A stretch of DNA of 64,000 nt, from contig CAWJQA010000008.1 in assembly GCA_963844885.1 (NCBI GenBank), forward strand, positions 250,039-314,038, read 5' to 3'. Below the pieces are notes generated by a model that was given only the letters and a program-made list of their open reading frames with translations, was not told the DNA's origin and searched no databases. The translations under genes and the position numbers were made by a program. Positions 60,742-64,000 of this stretch are shown piece after piece; within the stretch, counting starts at the first letter, position 1, and each line of letters begins with the position of its first letter. The stretch is from an uncultured Holophagales bacterium. GTDB lineage: Bacteria > Acidobacteriota > Thermoanaerobaculia > Multivoradales > UBA5704.

Positions 60742-61600
60742 TCAACTCTTCTGGCGGGCCTTGTCCGCCAGGATGCGCTCGAGCTCCGCGCTCGAAGACC
60801 ACGTGAACCAACCCTTTCATCTGGTAATGCCCCAGCCCGCACAGCTCGGCGCAGGCCAGCTCGAATTCTCCCTCCTGCGTGGGGATGAACCAGATGTCGA
60901 TCGCCATGCCCGGAACCGCATCCTGCTTCACCCGGAAGTTGGGCAGGAAAAAACTGTGGATCACGTCGCGCGCCCGCAGCCGCACCTTCACCGGGCGGTC
61001 CTTGGCGAAGTAAAAATTGTTCAGGTCGACCAGATCGTCCCGGCCGGCCGGGTCGGCGGGGTCGATCCCCAGCGGATTGGCGGTTTCGACGCGGGCAGGA
61101 TCGGTGCGGCCGAAGACGCCGTCCGGCCCGGGATAGCGGACGTTCCAGGCGAACTGCTGGGCCGTCACCTCGATCTGGATCGCGTCCGCGGGCGGCTGGG
61201 TCATGAAATATTCGTTGAACACCGGCAGCCCGATAGCGAGCACGCCCCCCTCCGCCACGGCGGTCATCAGCAGCCCGAGCGCGAGGGAGAGGCGCCGCTC
61301 GATCCTCGGCCCGCCGAGGCGCCAGGTGATCCGGGGCTGCCGTCCGAAGCGCAGGATCGAATAGACAAGAACCACGTGCCCGGCGAGGAACAGCGCTCCG
61401 GTCGTGGTCAGCAGATAGATCAGCATGTGATCGATCCCGGCGCCGTGGCGGGAGGCCAGAGCGGGAATCCAGGAGCGGGTGCCGAGCGCCACGCCTCCGA
61501 GCGCCAGGAACCCGAACGTGAGAGCCACGGCGAGCGCCATGCCTCCCCTGGGTTTCGTGATGGTTGCCGTCTCGTCCAAGGCCTCTCCCCCGCCGCCCAC
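60742..61600 (-). pseudogene. coxB: cytochrome c oxidase subunit II, frameshift near the 3' end as sequenced
   Basis: Two N-terminal transmembrane helices. The CuA site is HSFFLP...CAELCGLGHYQM. The expected ending AELERILADKARQKS-stop (stop 60742-60744) is in another frame from about 60800 onward. Confidence 0.8.
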
Positions 61601-61769
61601 CGGGGCGGCTGTCGTGACCAGCCTGCAACAGCCTGAATGCGGGGGAGATTCTCCAAGACCGGCCGGGACGCCGCCACGCTCGGAAGGATGGTTGTCGACC
61701 CACCCCGGGTGGTCGGTTTCCCCACCCGAAAGGGTCGTTTTTCGGCCTTGCGCTAGTGATGCCTTTGCG

Positions 61770-62738
61770 CTAGTGATGCCAGACGATCTGGAGCGTCAGC
61801 GCGCGGCTCACTCCCTTGTGGACGATGCCCTCTCCGCCGGCGAAGTAGGCGGCGCCGCCGAGATCCACCCCGAGGCCGGAGGGCCGGTGCAGGATCTCCA
61901 GGCCGAGGGCCACGAAGGGATCTCCGATGTTCGTGCCCCGCCCGCTCGTGGCGTTCTTGCCGCCCAGGTCGAACCCGGGGCCGGTGATTCGACCGGTGAA
62001 GTCGCCCTTGGGTAGCGGTGCGGCGGCGAGGACGCGCGGCGCGATCGAGAATCTCTCCCCGATCAACCGGGTCTGCTGCAGGCCGACGAAGGGAGTGGCG
62101 TAGTCGTTCGTGCTGCTGTGGTCCAGGATGCCCTTCGCCCCTGCGCTCTGTCCGGTCGCCACCACGTAGTCCATCTGGAAGCCGGTCAGCTCGAGACGGG
62201 TCCAGAGCACGCCGGCCGTGAAGGTCAACCAGCGGTCCGGGGTGGGGCCGGGACGATCCCAGAGCAGGCCGATGCCCGCGCCGGTGTAGAGGTAGTCGCC
62301 TCGCGGATGCGAGAAGTCCGCGGATTCGGGAAGGTCGAGCGGCGGCCGCGCGAAGGTGGGGTTCAGGATCTCCCGGCCTCGGCTGCCGGAGATCGTCAGG
62401 GCGTCGTAGAAGCCCATGCCCGCCAGCGCCCAGCCGTCACGGAAGGAGTAGGCGGCGGAGGCCGCGATCATCGGTCCGTCGAGGGTCAGGAAGCTGGCGG
62501 CGGTATCGACATAGCCACCTTCGACCGCGGTCTGCCACTCGCCCTGGCGGAGGCGCTCCGCCGGCCAGGGCAAAGCTGTGAAACGGGCATCCATGCCGCT
62601 CTCGGGCAGGTGCTCGGTGACGTAGTCGATGTCTTCGCGATCGGGGTTCTGGATGGCGGCCCGGACCGGGACCGCGGCCAGGGGAAGGAGGGCTGTCAGG
62701 AGGAGGGCGGTGGATAGCGAGGTTCTCATGGGAATCAT
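61770..62738 (-). CDS. exported hypothetical protein, possibly beta-barrel
   Basis: Signal peptide MIPMRTSLSTALLLTALLPLAAVPVRA. The rest has alternating Gly/aromatic-rich composition. No family recognised. Confidence 0.55.
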   Translation of the reverse strand: MIPMRTSLSTALLLTALLPLAAVPVRAAIQNPDREDIDYVTEHLPESGMDARFTALPWPAERLRQGEWQTAVEGGYVDTAASFLTLDGPMIAASAAYSFRDGWALAGMGFYDALTISGSRGREILNPTFARPPLDLPESADFSHPRGDYLYTGAGIGLLWDRPGPTPDRWLTFTAGVLWTRLELTGFQMDYVVATGQSAGAKGILDHSSTNDYATPFVGLQQTRLIGERFSIAPRVLAAAPLPKGDFTGRITGPGFDLGGKNATSGRGTNIGDPFVALGLEILHRPSGLGVDLGGAAYFAGGEGIVHKGVSRALTLQIVWHH

Positions 62739-62861
62739 TGTAGACCCGGGACGAAGTGTGGGCCTCGCATTCGCGACGAATCTTGCCGACCAGGTTCCGA
62801 AAACTCTTACTGCACCCCGGCAGAGCCGGGGGACTCGGCTCACGGGGTTAAGGAGTTCCTG

Positions 62862-63044
62862 GTGGAGCGGGTGCTGGACTGGCCAGGAGTCCACGCGGCG
62901 CGGGCGATCCTGGAAGACAAGCCGCTCAAGGGATATTGGCTCGACCGGACCCAGGAGTACGCCGCAAGGAATCGCGGAGAGGAATTCGGCCGTCTGACCT
63001 ATGCCACGGAAGAGACGTTCTTCCTGAGCCGCTTGCCCTGCTGA
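62862..63044 (+). CDS. hypothetical small protein (60 aa)
   Basis: The GTG start is preceded by AAGGAG at 6-nt spacing. No family recognised. It may be a fragment. Confidence 0.35.
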   Translation: MERVLDWPGVHAARAILEDKPLKGYWLDRTQEYAARNRGEEFGRLTYATEETFFLSRLPC

Positions 63045-63270
63045 GCCTCTTCCTGGCCGCCTTCCGGGATGCCGCTGAGCAGCTCAAGGCCGGCGACCGG
63101 TCGGCAAAGTTTCCTTTGGGATCGTTTCCGCCCGGCTTGCCGTTCGTGAGAGCCCTGCCCGCCATGCCGCCGTAGGCGAACGGCGATCGCCGTAAACCTC
63201 AGGAACCTTTTCCGGGGCCCGCGCTGCTCCCCTTTTCCCAGGGGGCAGCCTGCGTGATACGCTTGACTGG

Positions 63271-63498
63271 ATGACCCAGGAAGAGATCGCGTCCGTACGG
63301 CTGAGAACCGCCTTCGACCTCTTCACTGCGGGCGAACGGATGATGCGCCAGAACCTCCGGCGCCGGCATCCGGAGGCATCCGCCGCGGAAATCGAAGAGA
63401 TGCTGTGGGCATGGCTCATGCATCGCCCTGGCGCGGAATACGGCGACGGTGTCGGGAGGCCGGTCACGTGGCCACGGAAGGCTTCGCAAGTCGGTTAG
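63271..63498 (+). CDS. hypothetical small protein (75 aa)
   Basis: MTQEEIASVRLRTAFDLFTAGERMMRQNLRRRHPEASAAEIEEMLWAWL... has real-protein helical composition. No family assigned. Confidence 0.45.
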   Translation: MTQEEIASVRLRTAFDLFTAGERMMRQNLRRRHPEASAAEIEEMLWAWLMHRPGAEYGDGVGRPVTWPRKASQVG

Positions 63499-63521
63499 AG
63501 CGCGTTACCGTCCACGCCAAG

Positions 63522-63855
63522 GAGACGTTGGCAGACCTGGGGGTGCAGCGCGGTCCTCCACTTCGCCCGGGACGAGGCGCAGTTTGACCGCATGCTTGCC
63601 GAGATGTGGCGAGTTCTCCGGCCCGGGGGCCTCTTCTTTGCGCGCCTGGCTTCGACGATCGGCATCGAAGGTCTCATCCGCAATCTCCAAGGAAGGCGCT
63701 ACCTGCTCCCGGACGGCTCAGAGCGCTTCCTCGTGGACGAGGCGATGCTCCTCCAAGCCGCCGAACGGCGCGGCGCGACGTGGATCGAGCCGCTCAAGAC
63801 GACGGTCGTCCAGAATCAGAGGTCAATGAGCACCTGGGTACTGCGCAAGCGATAG
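63522..63855 (+). pseudogene. class I SAM-dependent methyltransferase 3' fragment
   Basis: SAVLHFARDEAQFDRMLAEMWRVLRPGGLFFARL is the post-motif-I/II region of a methyltransferase. No SAM-binding N-terminus lies upstream. A 5-G run at 63539-63543 separates ETLADLG from CSAVLHF in different frames. Confidence 0.45.
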
Positions 63856-64000
63856 ATCTCCCGCCATCTTGTGGCCGGAAAAGGTGCCTGAGGTTTGAAG
63901 AGAGGCGCGACTGGAGAGAGGGATTCCGGTTCTGGGTTTCGGAGCAGTCCGAGAGCTTTGCGATCAGCAGCTCAAGGCCTGCGACCGGTCGGCTAAGTTT

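Overview
This is a very GC-rich bacterial chromosomal window. Its gene content is compatible with an Acidobacteriota-like organism, but the window alone cannot establish that. I found no rRNA, tRNA, CRISPR array, transposase or integrase.

Housekeeping genes:
- A minus-strand chain recN-tsaC-S55 peptidase-propeller protein-coaD-add, joined by 4-nt start/stop overlaps.
- lipA, hemB-hemL, a ThiO-like oxidase, a ferredoxin, cbpA-clpB, and a heme-copper oxidase operon.

Accessory content:
- Two cassettes that each combine an ECF sigma factor, a zinc-finger (H-x3-C-x2-C) anti-sigma factor and an exported TPR-CHAT caspase-like protease (2.5-5.8 kb and 42.6-48.0 kb).
- Four toxin-antitoxin pairs: FitAB/VapBC-like, HicAB, BrnTA and ParDE-like.
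- Decayed defence-type genes: a DUF4143 ATPase, an AlbA_2/HATPase gene and a type ISP restriction-modification remnant.
- An MVL-like lectin paired with a GH18-like gene.
- A 566-aa protein built from 37-aa helical repeats.
- A roughly 2,590-aa DUF11-repeat adhesin with an IPTL-CTERM tail.

Non-coding structure not explained by genes:
- A dispersed 0.4-0.5 kb element, present twice, that carries a 21-bp-phased array of ACCCGCGGGT palindromes.
- A 42-bp hairpin tandem array.
- A nested GC-rich palindrome.

Data-quality caveat: many conserved housekeeping genes (hemB, hemL, clpB, ctaD, coxB, ctaE) carry single-base frameshifts. Long accessory genes are intact. I read this as more likely a consensus or assembly artefact than real gene decay.

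The ORF track renders GTG and TTG starts as M. Most of its long ORFs are GC-driven antisense or out-of-frame artefacts.
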